Program-made: the position numbers and the translations under genes
Notes under the pieces: model-generated
Told to the model about the DNA's origin: nothing
What the model saw: only the letters and a program-made list of their open reading frames with translations
Databases searched by the model: none
Part shown: in pieces, positions 10,330 to 20,621 of the stretch
How the letters are laid out: every line of letters starts with the position of its first letter
How positions within the stretch are numbered: position 1 is the stretch's first letter
IMG/VR virus record: IMGVR_UViG_3300025162_000016
Coordinates: 248,001 to 312,000 of that record
Reading direction: 5' to 3' (one strand)
DNA length: 64,000 nucleotides

Positions 10330-10899
10330 TTGAATCGATATATTTGTTTTGATACGGAAACCGGCGGTACAACTCTTGATACCAGCCTGTTTACCGCTTG
10401 TTTTGTTGCATTAGATGAAAATCTTAATGTCGTAGATGAACTTGATTTATTGGTAAAACCTGATAATGATCAATATGTTGTAACAGCTCAAGCTTTAACC
10501 GTTAATCATATTAATATAATTGCCCATGATGGTGTCGCCATTCCATATAAGACAGCAAAGCCAAAATTGTATCAATTCTTACAAAAAAATTCAAATGGCG
10601 GAGCCGAAAAACTTACTCCAATTGGACACGGAATTTATTTTGATATTCTTAGAATTAAACAAGATTTAATTGGCGCTGGAACATGGGATACTTTTGTTAG
10701 CTATAGGACAATAGATACGTCTATCATCTGTCAATTTTTACGAGCGGCTAAATTGTTTCCTGATGACGTTTCTGGATCATTGGGAAGTCTGGTGAGTTAT
10801 TTTAATCTATCTCCACAAGGAGAGTTACACACCGCACGGACTGATACATTACAAACGGTTGCCGTGTTAAAAGAACTACTAAAAATTGTAAAAAAATAA
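10330..10899 (+). CDS. DEDDh 3'-5' exonuclease (DnaQ-like)
   Basis: FDTETGG, GHGIYFD, IDTS, HTARTD. Confidence 0.85.
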   Translation: MNRYICFDTETGGTTLDTSLFTACFVALDENLNVVDELDLLVKPDNDQYVVTAQALTVNHINIIAHDGVAIPYKTAKPKLYQFLQKNSNGGAEKLTPIGHGIYFDILRIKQDLIGAGTWDTFVSYRTIDTSIICQFLRAAKLFPDDVSGSLGSLVSYFNLSPQGELHTARTDTLQTVAVLKELLKIVKK

Positions 10900-10900
10900 T

Positions 10901-11542
10901 ATGATGACGCTTAGGACTACTGACCAGAATGTATTTTTTACTTCTGATTGGCATTGGAATCATGGACAATCATTCGTATGGGAGAAACGGGGATATGCTT
11001 CGGTTCAAACCCATAATGAAGCTTTAATTAAATCCATGAACGATAGTGTTGGTCAGGAGGATATTCTTTTTAATCTGGGTGATTTGGTACTTAATTGTTC
11101 TATAGAACAATTTGAGTCTCTTATTTCTCGTATTATTTGCCAAAATATTTATTTAATGGCGGGAAATCATTCAAACCCGCATTTTAAAAATATTTATAAA
11201 CCAATAGTTCAAAAATTACTTGGGGATAATTATACTCCAGAGAGTGAAGTGTATCCTCTTCGATATAAGAATGTTGTTTATATTAATCATTATATGGAAA
11301 TATCCGTTAATGATCAATTTATTGCGATGTCTCATTATCCAAACCTAATATGGAATCATTCGGGTAAAGGAAGTTGGATGCTTTGCGGGCATAGCCATTC
11401 TAGTTGTCAGATGACAAATAGCAAAAGCAATTACGGAAAAATATTGGATGTTGGATTTGATGAGTTTAAACGTCCATTGACATTTCAAGAAGTGAAAAAA
11501 ATAATGGATATTAAAATTATATCGGCGGTTGATCATCACTAA
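10901..11542 (+). CDS. Metallophosphoesterase
   Basis: TSDWHWNH, LGD, GNH, SHYP, GHSH, DVG. Confidence 0.85.
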   Translation: MMTLRTTDQNVFFTSDWHWNHGQSFVWEKRGYASVQTHNEALIKSMNDSVGQEDILFNLGDLVLNCSIEQFESLISRIICQNIYLMAGNHSNPHFKNIYKPIVQKLLGDNYTPESEVYPLRYKNVVYINHYMEISVNDQFIAMSHYPNLIWNHSGKGSWMLCGHSHSSCQMTNSKSNYGKILDVGFDEFKRPLTFQEVKKIMDIKIISAVDHH

Positions 11543-11577
11543 TCCATACTCATTGTTAGCGATAAAATATAAAATAT

Positions 11578-12162
11578 ATGAATAAATATTTAGATGAATA
11601 TCTTTGTAAAAAATACCCGAAAATATTTCAAGATAGAAACGCTCCTATGGCGGAGACGTGTATGTGTTGGGGATTTCCAGGCAACGGGTGGTTTTTTTTA
11701 TTAGACACTTTATGCGAGGGAATTCAGCATCATATTGATAACCCCCCTTATGTCTATAAGAAATCTGTTAAGTTTGGGTTTAAACGGCTTTGGAATGGTA
11801 TGGTAATTAAATTCCGTTTGCCCTATAAATGGACATACGGCGAATTAATGGAACCCTCAGTAATTTCGCAGGTTATAGCTTTACAGGTTAAGGAAAAATT
11901 TTCATCGTTGCGTTTTTATTATAGTGGAGGGGACAAAAAAATTAGAGGAATGGTTACTTTGGCGGAGCATATGTCGGCTCATATTTGTGAAATATGTGGA
12001 AAGATGAATGAGGAAATAGGTAGGAACACTAAAGGATGGTCGGTTACTACGTGCAAAGGGCATTCTAATGGCGCTCGGGATTTCAAATTTAATTATGATG
12101 CCGCAGAGATAACGACGTGGGAAAATGTTCGTGAGGAGATCGCAGGAAAGCCCGCCTCATGA
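11578..12162 (+). CDS. Conserved phage hypothetical protein
   Basis: QVKEKFSSLRFY and CEICG motifs typical of a phage family. Confidence 0.6.
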   Translation: MNKYLDEYLCKKYPKIFQDRNAPMAETCMCWGFPGNGWFFLLDTLCEGIQHHIDNPPYVYKKSVKFGFKRLWNGMVIKFRLPYKWTYGELMEPSVISQVIALQVKEKFSSLRFYYSGGDKKIRGMVTLAEHMSAHICEICGKMNEEIGRNTKGWSVTTCKGHSNGARDFKFNYDAAEITTWENVREEIAGKPAS

Positions 12163-12602
12163 TAGGCGTGAATAAACCGTTTGATAAAGGTCTTCACACA
12201 AAAAACGATCCGAAATCTCGCCGATTGATTAAAGATTTTTTTGCTGAACGTGGATTGGTTTTAATAGACCATCCAAACAAATATGACATTGACTTAATAT
12301 CGGAAGACGGTATAATTCGAGTGGAAGTTGAACATCGTTTAAATTGGGTAAATGCAGTTTTTCCTTATGCAGAAATAAACGTGCCAGAGAGAAAGGCTAA
12401 ATTCTTTGCGAAAGGAAAAGCTCATTACTGTATTTTATCTAAAGAATATGAATATGTTGGATTTATATCTGCTGAAAAAATTCAGAAGTACATAAAACCT
12501 AGATTTCTAAAAGAATCCAGTAATCGATTTGTAAAAGAAAATGAATTTTTTTATAAAGTCCCAAAAGAAGAATTTGAATTTTATCAAGTAACAGTTGAAT
12601 AA
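12159..12602 (+). CDS. Putative PD-(D/E)XK nuclease
   Basis: YDIDL...VEVEHR pattern. Confidence 0.5.
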   Translation: MIGVNKPFDKGLHTKNDPKSRRLIKDFFAERGLVLIDHPNKYDIDLISEDGIIRVEVEHRLNWVNAVFPYAEINVPERKAKFFAKGKAHYCILSKEYEYVGFISAEKIQKYIKPRFLKESSNRFVKENEFFYKVPKEEFEFYQVTVE

Positions 12603-12722
12603 AACATCGAAAAAGTTAAAATATTTTTGTGGTTGACAAATTGAGGTAATTGGTGTAGGATATTAAGAATGGTCGGAATTCCTCCCCGAGGCTAAAGCCG
12701 TCGGGGTTTCCTTCCTCCAAAA
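12601..12722. repeat. Orphan IS200/IS605-like left-end block containing a + strand sigma70 promoter
   Basis: Near-identical to 28814-28932 and similar to ~31357-31495; GGCTAAAGCC hairpin; TTGACA-17-TAGGAT. Confidence 0.8.
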
Positions 12723-12724
12723 CA

Positions 12725-12943
12725 ATGAATGAACCTAAAGTAGAATATCAATTAGAGAAAGCGGTCACCGGTAAAGTGGAAAAAAAAGTGCCGGTTGTAT
12801 TAGAAGATAAAGAAGGCAATAAAATTCGAGCCCCATGGGCACCAAAAGCAAATTGTAAACGGTGTCTCGGACGAGGTTATATGGGGATGTCAACTATAAC
12901 AAACGTATTACTTCCTTGTCGTAAATGTTATCCTTGGCAATGA
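12725..12943 (+). CDS. Small Cys-rich hypothetical protein
   Basis: CKRCLGRG...CRKC. Confidence 0.55.
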   Translation: MNEPKVEYQLEKAVTGKVEKKVPVVLEDKEGNKIRAPWAPKANCKRCLGRGYMGMSTITNVLLPCRKCYPWQ

Positions 12944-12944
12944 T

Positions 12945-13280
12945 ATGACTAATAATGCCAAAGATTATCTTGTTGAAGGTCCACTATATCCTTCGTTCAT
13001 CCATCTGTGGAAAGACGATTTGTCTATGTTATCCGACGTTCCACTTGATTGGAAAGAGCGAGAAGTATTTCGGATTTTTGCATCGAAAATATATGAACGG
13101 TTAACTCAGCCGCAGGTTATTCAGAAATTTGTCAATGACGCATATGAAGATGGATATCAAGAGGGAAAAGAGAATGTGATAGAAGCCGTTATAATAGAGT
13201 TGACAAAACTGGAAACCGGTAAATCCGAGGATGCTGTGGAGATATTGGAGCAAGCGATAAACTCATTGCGAATTATATGA
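12945..13280 (+). CDS. Hypothetical protein
   Basis: Operonic ORF. Confidence 0.55.
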   Translation: MTNNAKDYLVEGPLYPSFIHLWKDDLSMLSDVPLDWKEREVFRIFASKIYERLTQPQVIQKFVNDAYEDGYQEGKENVIEAVIIELTKLETGKSEDAVEILEQAINSLRII

Positions 13281-13792
13281 TATATTTTTTAGAAAACACA
13301 AATTTATTAACATGGTATGAAGAACAAACAAAGCCTTGTGGTATTGGGCATAGTTGCAACTGCTTTCATACATTCGGAAGTGGCATTGCTAAATCTATTA
13401 AAGACGCATATCCACAAGCATATGCCGCAGATTTAACAACTTTGCGGGCATCAAAAGATAAACTTGGAATTTTTTCTTGTGCAACAATTCAGACAGTCCC
13501 TCATAAGATAATTTATAATATCTATGGTCAATTTGATTTTGGGAGAGATAAGCGATATGATTTTGGGAGAGATAAGCGATATACCTCATATGATGCTTTA
13601 TTTGATGGCGTGTCAGCAATGCGAAGTCATGCTATTGAAAATGATATAGAGCTACTTGGATTGCCGCAAAATATCGGGTGTTATCGGGGCGGAGCAAATT
13701 GGAACATCGTGGAAGCGATTTTACGAGAGATTTTTGCGGCAGATAAAGCGTTATCGTTAGTAATATGTCATTATAATCCTTCGCCGATTTAA
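13277..13792 (+). CDS. Macro domain protein (ADP-ribose binding/hydrolase)
   Basis: GHSCNCFHTFGSGIA, NIYGQ, PQNIGCYRGGANW. Confidence 0.85.
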   Translation: MIYFLENTNLLTWYEEQTKPCGIGHSCNCFHTFGSGIAKSIKDAYPQAYAADLTTLRASKDKLGIFSCATIQTVPHKIIYNIYGQFDFGRDKRYDFGRDKRYTSYDALFDGVSAMRSHAIENDIELLGLPQNIGCYRGGANWNIVEAILREIFAADKALSLVICHYNPSPI

Positions 13793-13794
13793 AT

Positions 13795-13989
13795 ATGAAA
13801 AAATTATTTGTAATATTATTCGGGATTATTGTTCTTATAAGTTTTCCCAGTTGTACAACCTATGTTGGTCCCGGTCCGGTTTATTGTCCTACTCCCGTCT
13901 ATTATTCTTCGCCAGTTTATTATCCTCCACCTGTTATTTTTTATGGGCCATATTGGCATTCGGATCATCGCTATTATTACCGGCGTTAA
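13795..13989 (+). CDS. Small Pro/Tyr-rich lipoprotein-like protein
   Basis: Signal peptide ending FPSC; PVYY repeats. Confidence 0.5.
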   Translation: MKKLFVILFGIIVLISFPSCTTYVGPGPVYCPTPVYYSSPVYYPPPVIFYGPYWHSDHRYYYRR

Positions 13990-14044
13990 AGTTTTTAAAA
14001 AAGGGAGTTGACTTTTTATACCGAACCGGTATACTCGTTTCAAT

Positions 14045-15316
14045 ATGGCAACTGTAATTAAAGAATTGCGATTAATCAACGTTGGGGTAGATGTGAACAT
14101 GAACCGCTGGTGGACGGGGCGAGTTTATGACAATGGGGACTTTGAAGCCGTGTGGGGACGGGTTGGTAATAGTGGGCAGAGTAAACTTTTCCCCGGTGGC
14201 GGAGAAACTAAACTGGAAGAGATGCGCCGGGACAAAATTAAGAAAGGTTATTCCGAACTGAAAACTGTTGGCGGTCCTGCTTCATCGGTTGTATCTGAAT
14301 CAAAACACATGGGCAATAGTGAACTTCGCCAAATCGCTAAAGCACAACTACTTAAAACCCAAAATCCCGTGCTGGATCGGTTGGTTGATCGGCTTATTCA
14401 AGCGAATGTTCATCGCATTACCACCTCTACTCAAATTCAGTTTAATTCTTCAACTGGATTGTTTAGTACTCCGCTCGGTATCGTTACTCCAGATGGCATT
14501 ACCGAAGCTCGTAATTTGCTGGTAACTTTAAATCATTGTGTTTCTCTCCGTGATTGGGCGTCTTATAAAATGTCGAGTGCGGTGAACCAGTATCTTCGCA
14601 TTGTTCCACAAAATGTGGGTATGAAACTGAGTGTCGAAGCTCTTTTTCCAGACGACGGAGCCATTCAAAAACAATCAAACATATTAGATTCCCTCGAATC
14701 TTCTTATCAAGCATTGCAGTCACAACCCGTCACTACCAATGCCACGGCAAAGTCAGTGGAGCAGGTATTCAAAGTGGATTTTGATGTGCTCAACGATCAG
14801 AAAGAGATTGATAGAATTGTACGGTGGTTTAATACGAGTAATAAGGCAATTCATGGATATTCGAATGTTAGGATCATGACTTTCCTAAAAATCAAAATTC
14901 ATGATAACTGGAACAGTTTTAATGAAAAAACTGGAAACATAAAGGAAATCTGGCATGGTAGCAGCGAAGCTAATTTGTTAAGTATTTTGAAAACGGGCCT
15001 AAAGGTAAGTCCTCCATCCACGACAACTCTCACCGGAAAAATGTTTGGTGAAGGTCACTATGGAGCGTTGGATAGTAGCAAATCCATGCAATATACATTT
15101 GGTAGGTTCAGTGGCCAGCATGGTAGTAGTGGATGGCTTTTTATTGCTGATTTTGCAATGGGGAATACATATTTTATCAATTCCTATGGCGGGAATAAAC
15201 CGGTCGGATACGATTCTATATGGGCAAAAGCGGCGAATACCGGACTGCGATTCGATGAACTGATTGTTCCGAGAGATAATCAAGTACGTCTCAAATATTT
15301 GATAGAAGTAAAATAG
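14045..15316 (+). CDS. WGR-domain PARP-like ADP-ribosyltransferase
   Basis: WGRVG N-terminal domain, helical regulatory region, catalytic WHGS, GKMFGEGHY, Y, DELIV (H-Y-E triad). Confidence 0.9.
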   Translation: MATVIKELRLINVGVDVNMNRWWTGRVYDNGDFEAVWGRVGNSGQSKLFPGGGETKLEEMRRDKIKKGYSELKTVGGPASSVVSESKHMGNSELRQIAKAQLLKTQNPVLDRLVDRLIQANVHRITTSTQIQFNSSTGLFSTPLGIVTPDGITEARNLLVTLNHCVSLRDWASYKMSSAVNQYLRIVPQNVGMKLSVEALFPDDGAIQKQSNILDSLESSYQALQSQPVTTNATAKSVEQVFKVDFDVLNDQKEIDRIVRWFNTSNKAIHGYSNVRIMTFLKIKIHDNWNSFNEKTGNIKEIWHGSSEANLLSILKTGLKVSPPSTTTLTGKMFGEGHYGALDSSKSMQYTFGRFSGQHGSSGWLFIADFAMGNTYFINSYGGNKPVGYDSIWAKAANTGLRFDELIVPRDNQVRLKYLIEVK

Positions 15317-15331
15317 TTTATATTATATTAT

Positions 15332-15565
15332 ATGAAAAAAACAATTGGAGTCCTGCTAATTTTAGCAGGGATAGCGTTGGGTTTATATGTCGGATTATAT
15401 CTATGTTTTATTTGTGGAATTATAGATATCATCAAGGAAATTAGATCTTCAGATTTGAATGCCGTCAATGTGGCATGGGATATTGTTCGGATTATGTTTG
15501 CCAGCGTTGCAGGATGGATATGTGCATTCTTGTTCATTACTCCCGGCTACGCAATGGTAAAGTAA
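15332..15565 (+). CDS. Small membrane protein
   Basis: Two hydrophobic segments. Confidence 0.55.
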   Translation: MKKTIGVLLILAGIALGLYVGLYLCFICGIIDIIKEIRSSDLNAVNVAWDIVRIMFASVAGWICAFLFITPGYAMVK

Positions 15566-15650
15566 TAAAATATTCCCTTGACTTTTTATACCGAACCCGT
15601 ATAATGCTGATGTAACGTAGAAAACAATAAAACAATAAAACAATAAATAT

Positions 15651-16280
15651 ATGTGCAATCCAAATACCCTATCGGTGACTTTGCAAACGGCGGTTCTTAT
15701 GCAGATTCAAGAATTCGTGAATAGTGGACAGATGTTCTCCCGCTACGACATTACGTTGGCAATTCGGCGGAAATGTAATGATGGTCTTCTGGAAATTCCA
15801 GCAGTAGAAAATACTAATCCCGGTGCCATTAATCGTTTTCCTATTCATAAGACCGCAGTGGATGATATTTTTGAACAATTATATCAAAACTGTCTTATCA
15901 ATGGACTTCCACCGTTGCGATATGATTTTGATCGAACTAAGGGATATCGATTATTCTCCGTAGATACTACTGCGCAAACAACTATTCCGGTTCCTGTTCC
16001 CATTAGCAATGTAACGCCAATGGATAATAAAGTTGTAAATGTGCCTTCTTTGGACTCAGTATCTTCTTCTACGGCATCTCCCGCTAATACCACGATGGTT
16101 ACTATGAGTGATGGCGAAATTCGTAGGCGAGTGGGTCTATATATGGATCGGTGTAGGAAAATTGGAGCAACTCCTACAATTAAACAGATCCAATCGGCAA
16201 TTAAACGTAAGAATAAAAGCACCGGTCTTTCATATCGGGAAATTACCAATATCACAACTTCCATGGGATATAAAGTTTAA
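15651..16280 (+). CDS. Hypothetical protein
   Basis: Own promoter near 15580; followed by a terminator near 16305-16345. Confidence 0.6.
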   Translation: MCNPNTLSVTLQTAVLMQIQEFVNSGQMFSRYDITLAIRRKCNDGLLEIPAVENTNPGAINRFPIHKTAVDDIFEQLYQNCLINGLPPLRYDFDRTKGYRLFSVDTTAQTTIPVPVPISNVTPMDNKVVNVPSLDSVSSSTASPANTTMVTMSDGEIRRRVGLYMDRCRKIGATPTIKQIQSAIKRKNKSTGLSYREITNITTSMGYKV

Positions 16281-17034
16281 TTTAGTTTTGTTTAATCGAG
16301 CTATTGAGAAGTGGGAGGGGCATTTTGCCGTCCCTTCTCTATTTATATTCATGATTAATGATGGCGTTGTAAATATACCGGCAAAAGAAGAAAAGGCTAT
16401 TAATGCTTTTATAGAAAATATTTCTAATTTCTTTAATAAAAATAAATCTGCTTACATTGACAAGTGGGACATGGCTATTTGTTCTGTGATCAAGCAATAT
16501 GCCAATGAAATATCTCCGAAATATCACTTGGAAAAGATATTCTGGAGGTTTGTGTATGAGGTAGAAAATGTCAACAAGGCGGGATATATTCCGAAGCACA
16601 ATGAAATATTTGTCAATTTAGTATTTTGTGTTAAGAAGCCAAAAGAGAGATTAGGAGGTCAAGCGATTGATTTCAAAGCGGTTACTGTGTATATTTATCA
16701 CGAATGGGTTCATTACAAGCAAGATATTCTTGTTAAGAAGAAACATTCCAAGGGATTGGGTGGATTTTTTGACATGTATAATAAGACTGCTTACCACGAT
16801 ATTAAATGGGAGCAGATGGCATTAGCCCGTCAAGAGATTGAGTGGATAAAGCAGCGGATACGGAAGGTAACGCCGGAAGAAGTGATGAAGTGGTTACGAG
16901 AGTGGGGATTGAAGAGTGATCCTGCGTTAATTAGGCTTAAAAACACGAATCCGATGGCATATAAAAGAATTCTGAAATATGCCGTTATGTTCATTTTGAA
17001 GAAACAAGCTAAAGCTGTTACTAAAACACGATAG
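16108..17034 (+). CDS. Hypothetical protein with HExxH motif (true start probably ~16350-16370)
   Basis: YHEWVH; the 5' part of the ORF overlaps the previous gene and a terminator. Confidence 0.5.
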   Translation: MMAKFVGEWVYIWIGVGKLEQLLQLNRSNRQLNVRIKAPVFHIGKLPISQLPWDIKFNLVLFNRAIEKWEGHFAVPSLFIFMINDGVVNIPAKEEKAINAFIENISNFFNKNKSAYIDKWDMAICSVIKQYANEISPKYHLEKIFWRFVYEVENVNKAGYIPKHNEIFVNLVFCVKKPKERLGGQAIDFKAVTVYIYHEWVHYKQDILVKKKHSKGLGGFFDMYNKTAYHDIKWEQMALARQEIEWIKQRIRKVTPEEVMKWLREWGLKSDPALIRLKNTNPMAYKRILKYAVMFILKKQAKAVTKTR

Positions 17035-17344
17035 TATATTCATCTCCATTCATTTCGTCATCCGGCCATTTTATTTTAATTCTCTGAACTATTTCAGGGG
17101 GGAAATATTTCATATTTAAAATATTCATCATGTCATTATAAGTAATATCGATATGACGATTTAAAGCTAGATTGGAGGTGAACCAAGTAATACGATAAGG
17201 TAATTCTCCCGGTTTGGCATTGGCAGATGCAATTCCAATAAAAGTAGTAGAATTTCCATTCTTTTTCATTTCAATCGGAAATTTCTTTCCAAACGATGCT
17301 TCCAAGAGGATTTCGAGTAGTATATTTTTCAAAGTTAATTGCAT
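17021..17344 (-). CDS. Hypothetical protein
   Basis: N-terminal LKNILLE motif. Confidence 0.5.
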   Translation of the reverse strand: MQLTLKNILLEILLEASFGKKFPIEMKKNGNSTTFIGIASANAKPGELPYRITWFTSNLALNRHIDITYNDMMNILNMKYFPPEIVQRIKIKWPDDEMNGDEYTIVF

Positions 17345-17418
17345 TGTATATAAATAGGTTTTTTAGAAAGAAAACCTTGACTTTTTCCTTAAAACTGATA
17401 GATTACACTAAATTGAAT

Positions 17419-17976
17419 ATGGAATATTCTTGTATAACTCGTGACACCGATGCTCTTATTGGAGAGTCATTTTCTGATTATTCTCCTCCTTCGTGGGACG
17501 TGTATTTTTTGCGATTATCATATGAAGTCGCAACAAAATCCCGTGATCCTTCGACGAAATTCGGGGCAGTTGTGGTAAAAGATAAACGTCCTATATTATT
17601 TGGGTATAATGGATTGCCCTCAAATGTGAAAGATTTGCCGGAACGATTGGCAAGACCGGCTAAATATAAATGGACAATTCATTCGGAAGCCAATGCTCTT
17701 ATTTGTGGAGCAAAATTTGGAATATCAACTAATAAAGCGACATTATATATAGCTGGAATGCCATGTGCGGGATGTGCGACTATGATTGTAGCCGCAGGTA
17801 TTAGCAAAGTAGTTATTCATCGCCCCACTGCATTAATTTTTTCATTGGTAAGTCCATATGGAGAAGACGATGTAATTACGACCACCATGTTCGATGAGGC
17901 CGGAATAGAGGTGGTGTTTGTGGAAGAACCGGTTAATAAGATTGCCTATTTGGGTGGAAAGAAATATAATGTATAA
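17419..17976 (+). CDS. dCMP deaminase
   Basis: SRDPSTKFGAV, GYNG, HSEANA, PCAGC. Confidence 0.9.
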   Translation: MEYSCITRDTDALIGESFSDYSPPSWDVYFLRLSYEVATKSRDPSTKFGAVVVKDKRPILFGYNGLPSNVKDLPERLARPAKYKWTIHSEANALICGAKFGISTNKATLYIAGMPCAGCATMIVAAGISKVVIHRPTALIFSLVSPYGEDDVITTTMFDEAGIEVVFVEEPVNKIAYLGGKKYNV

Positions 17977-18090
17977 TTATGATTAAATTGTTGGAATTAT
18001 TGTTATTTTTAGGTTTTGTGAGTATGCTTGCATGGGGACTGATGTTTGTAATTGAACGAGAAGTGAACGATCCGGACGATAAAGAATAAT

Positions 18091-18939
18091 ATGCTAGGAG
18101 CTATAATTGGTGATATTGCGGGAGCACCCTATGAGGGTGATAAATTAAGTCAAGATAAACGAGACTATCGTCCTTTCTTTTTGAATGGATTAGCTAAATT
18201 TACTGATGATACTAATCTGACAATTGCGGTAGCGGATTCATTATTGACAGGGGTTCCTTTCCATGAAAAATTTTTGGAATGGTATAATAAAAATCCTAAT
18301 CTTGGATATGGATCTTCGTTTAAAGAGTGGGCCGCAACCGGAGGTACCATGCAAAATGATAGTCGTGGTGATGGGGCTGCAATGCGAGTAAGCCCGATTG
18401 CTTTATTTGCATTGAATTTAGAACTATTGGGGGTGGATGGTAAGCCTATTGAGTTGTCTTTTGAGGATAGGTTAGCATGGGCGTATGAACAGGCAGTAGA
18501 GAGTACTAAAATGACTCATAATTGCGATGAATCTCGCAATGGGGCGTTGGCAGTTACTACAGCAGCGATGTTAGCGGCGAAAAAATATACGAAAGCGGAA
18601 ATTAAAGATAACATTGTAAAACTTACTGGTTATGATTTATCTGCCTCGGTAGAAACTGTTAGGGAAACATGGACAAAGCGAGATATTAGATGTGATATTA
18701 CGGTACCTCAGGCATTGATTTGTTTTTTAGAATCTACTAGTTTTGAAGATACTATTCGTTTATCTGTTTATTCCAAAGGAGATGTAGATACCATTGCTGC
18801 CATTGCGGGAGGGATTGCCGAACATTTTTATGGAATAGATAGCATTAATACCGGCATCCTCGTCGAAACTAAATTACGATTACAGCCCGAAATGATTGAT
18901 ATTATAAATAAATGTTATGGAAATACTCTTAAATGGTAA
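18091..18939 (+). CDS. ADP-ribosylglycohydrolase (DraG/ARH family)
   Basis: GAIIGDIAG, FTDDT, GAAMRVSP, THN, GDVDTIAAIAG. Confidence 0.92.
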   Translation: MLGAIIGDIAGAPYEGDKLSQDKRDYRPFFLNGLAKFTDDTNLTIAVADSLLTGVPFHEKFLEWYNKNPNLGYGSSFKEWAATGGTMQNDSRGDGAAMRVSPIALFALNLELLGVDGKPIELSFEDRLAWAYEQAVESTKMTHNCDESRNGALAVTTAAMLAAKKYTKAEIKDNIVKLTGYDLSASVETVRETWTKRDIRCDITVPQALICFLESTSFEDTIRLSVYSKGDVDTIAAIAGGIAEHFYGIDSINTGILVETKLRLQPEMIDIINKCYGNTLKW

Positions 18940-19048
18940 TAAGCCGGAATCACGCTGGCTTATTTACCGACGAAAGGTTTGGATTAAAAATACTATTATC
19001 GTTCCGACGATCGGGATTATAACATATTGGTTTTCATCCTGAAAAAAC

Positions 19049-19636
19049 ATGAAAAAACATTCTAATCCTTATGAAGTTTTAGGAGTGCCTCCAACTTCGA
19101 CTGTGGAAGAAGTGTCCGCTGCTTATAAAAAATTAGTTAAAACTCATCATCCAGATCTTCATCAAGATGCCGCTAAGAAAAAAGAGTCAGAGGAAACGAT
19201 GAAGAAAATAAATGTGGCTTACGATGAAATAACTAATCCTAAGCAACATTCTCGGGGAGGTTCTCCGTTTAATGATGACAACCTTAATGAAATGTTCGGC
19301 GATTTGTTTGGGAACAGACAAGGTGGAAGAAATCCATTTCATGATTTTTTTGGAAGAGGCGGTAATACATTTCATTTTTCATCCACTCAAACAATTTGCT
19401 GTGAATTGCCTCTCTCTATAACCAAGGCGGTTTTAGGCGGGGAAGTTGAATATGAGTCTCCGGTAGGTAAACTTAAATTTAATTTACCGCCTGCAACCCA
19501 GCCGGGGTTTGTATTCAACCTTCAAGTAAATAAAGATAGTAATTCTACAATAATTCTACAAATTCACGTTAAGGTTATTATTCCTTCTAATTTAACGGAT
19601 GAACAGAAGAAAAAATTAGAGGAATTAGGAATTTAA
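19049..19636 (+). CDS. dnaJ: DnaJ-like co-chaperone (J domain plus partial C-terminal domain)
   Basis: PYEVLGV, HHPD motif, G/F-rich linker. Confidence 0.85.
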   Translation: MKKHSNPYEVLGVPPTSTVEEVSAAYKKLVKTHHPDLHQDAAKKKESEETMKKINVAYDEITNPKQHSRGGSPFNDDNLNEMFGDLFGNRQGGRNPFHDFFGRGGNTFHFSSTQTICCELPLSITKAVLGGEVEYESPVGKLKFNLPPATQPGFVFNLQVNKDSNSTIILQIHVKVIIPSNLTDEQKKKLEELGI

Positions 19637-19639
19637 TTT

Positions 19640-20044
19640 GTGGATAGAATAAAACAAATTATTATCATTCGACGGGATTTAAAAAATGTTGATGGGCAAA
19701 AAGTTAGAAGTGGAAAAATTATTGCGCAAGCGTGTCATGCGAGCATTGCGTTTTTAACTAATTTTATTAGAAAAAATCCCGAATCAAACATCGGCCAAAA
19801 ACTATCGTCTGTACAAAAAGAATGGATTGATGGTTCATTTTTTAAAATTTGTTTAGCAGTGGATAGCGAAAAAGAATTGCTTGACATTTTAGAAAAATCT
19901 CGTAATATTGGATTAGATGCTCATTTGATCACGGATAAGGGACACACTGAATTTGGTGGAATATCAACTAATACTTGTTTAGCATTGGGTCCGGATTATA
20001 GTAGCCGACTTGATCCTATTACCGGGCATTTAAAATTGTTTTAA
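19640..20044 (+). CDS. pth2: Peptidyl-tRNA hydrolase type 2
   Basis: GKIIAQACHA, KICL, ITDKGHTE, TCLALGP. Confidence 0.9.
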   Translation: MDRIKQIIIIRRDLKNVDGQKVRSGKIIAQACHASIAFLTNFIRKNPESNIGQKLSSVQKEWIDGSFFKICLAVDSEKELLDILEKSRNIGLDAHLITDKGHTEFGGISTNTCLALGPDYSSRLDPITGHLKLF

Positions 20045-20048
20045 AATT

Positions 20049-20483
20049 ATGAAAAAATATACTGGTCCAAAAGTTCTACCTACCGTAGATATTGCTGCAA
20101 TCAATTTGGAAGACGATATGCTTGTACTAGTTCGTAGACCGAATGAACCCTTGTGGCGGTTTCCCGGTGGATTTGCTGACGTCAATTGTGAATCCTATGA
20201 GAATGATGCTCTACGGGAACTTAAAGAGGAAACAAATATTTATGGTAATAATATAGAATATATTGGATCTACTTGTATAGATGACCCTCGCTACAAAAAA
20301 AGCAAAGATAAAATTAAAACAATGTTCTTTGCTGTTACTAAATGGAACGGGGAATTCAATGCGGCAGATGACTTAAAAGGAGGCGAAATCAAACTTCTGG
20401 ATGCTCATACTGTTACACCGGAAATGCTTATGCCCGAGCATAGAGTGCTGTTGACTATGTTATTGAATTGGTTACAATGGTGA
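20049..20483 (+). CDS. NUDIX hydrolase (ADP-ribose pyrophosphatase-like)
   Basis: FPGGF...ALRELKEET Nudix box; AADD. Confidence 0.9.
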   Translation: MKKYTGPKVLPTVDIAAINLEDDMLVLVRRPNEPLWRFPGGFADVNCESYENDALRELKEETNIYGNNIEYIGSTCIDDPRYKKSKDKIKTMFFAVTKWNGEFNAADDLKGGEIKLLDAHTVTPEMLMPEHRVLLTMLLNWLQW

Positions 20484-20621
20484 TTAAATTATCAAAGTAG
20501 ATTATCGACTTAAAGTGCCAACGGGCGATATTCTTATTGTAAATGGAGATAAATGAAAACCTGAAATGCTATTCTTTCGGGAACACTGCCATTAGTTAAT
20601 TACGAAAAAATATAAAATAAA

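Noticed and set aside
13552-13582. DFGRDKRY duplication in the macro domain gene
   Set aside because: Simple 24-nt in-frame slippage duplication or assembly artefact; no sign of function
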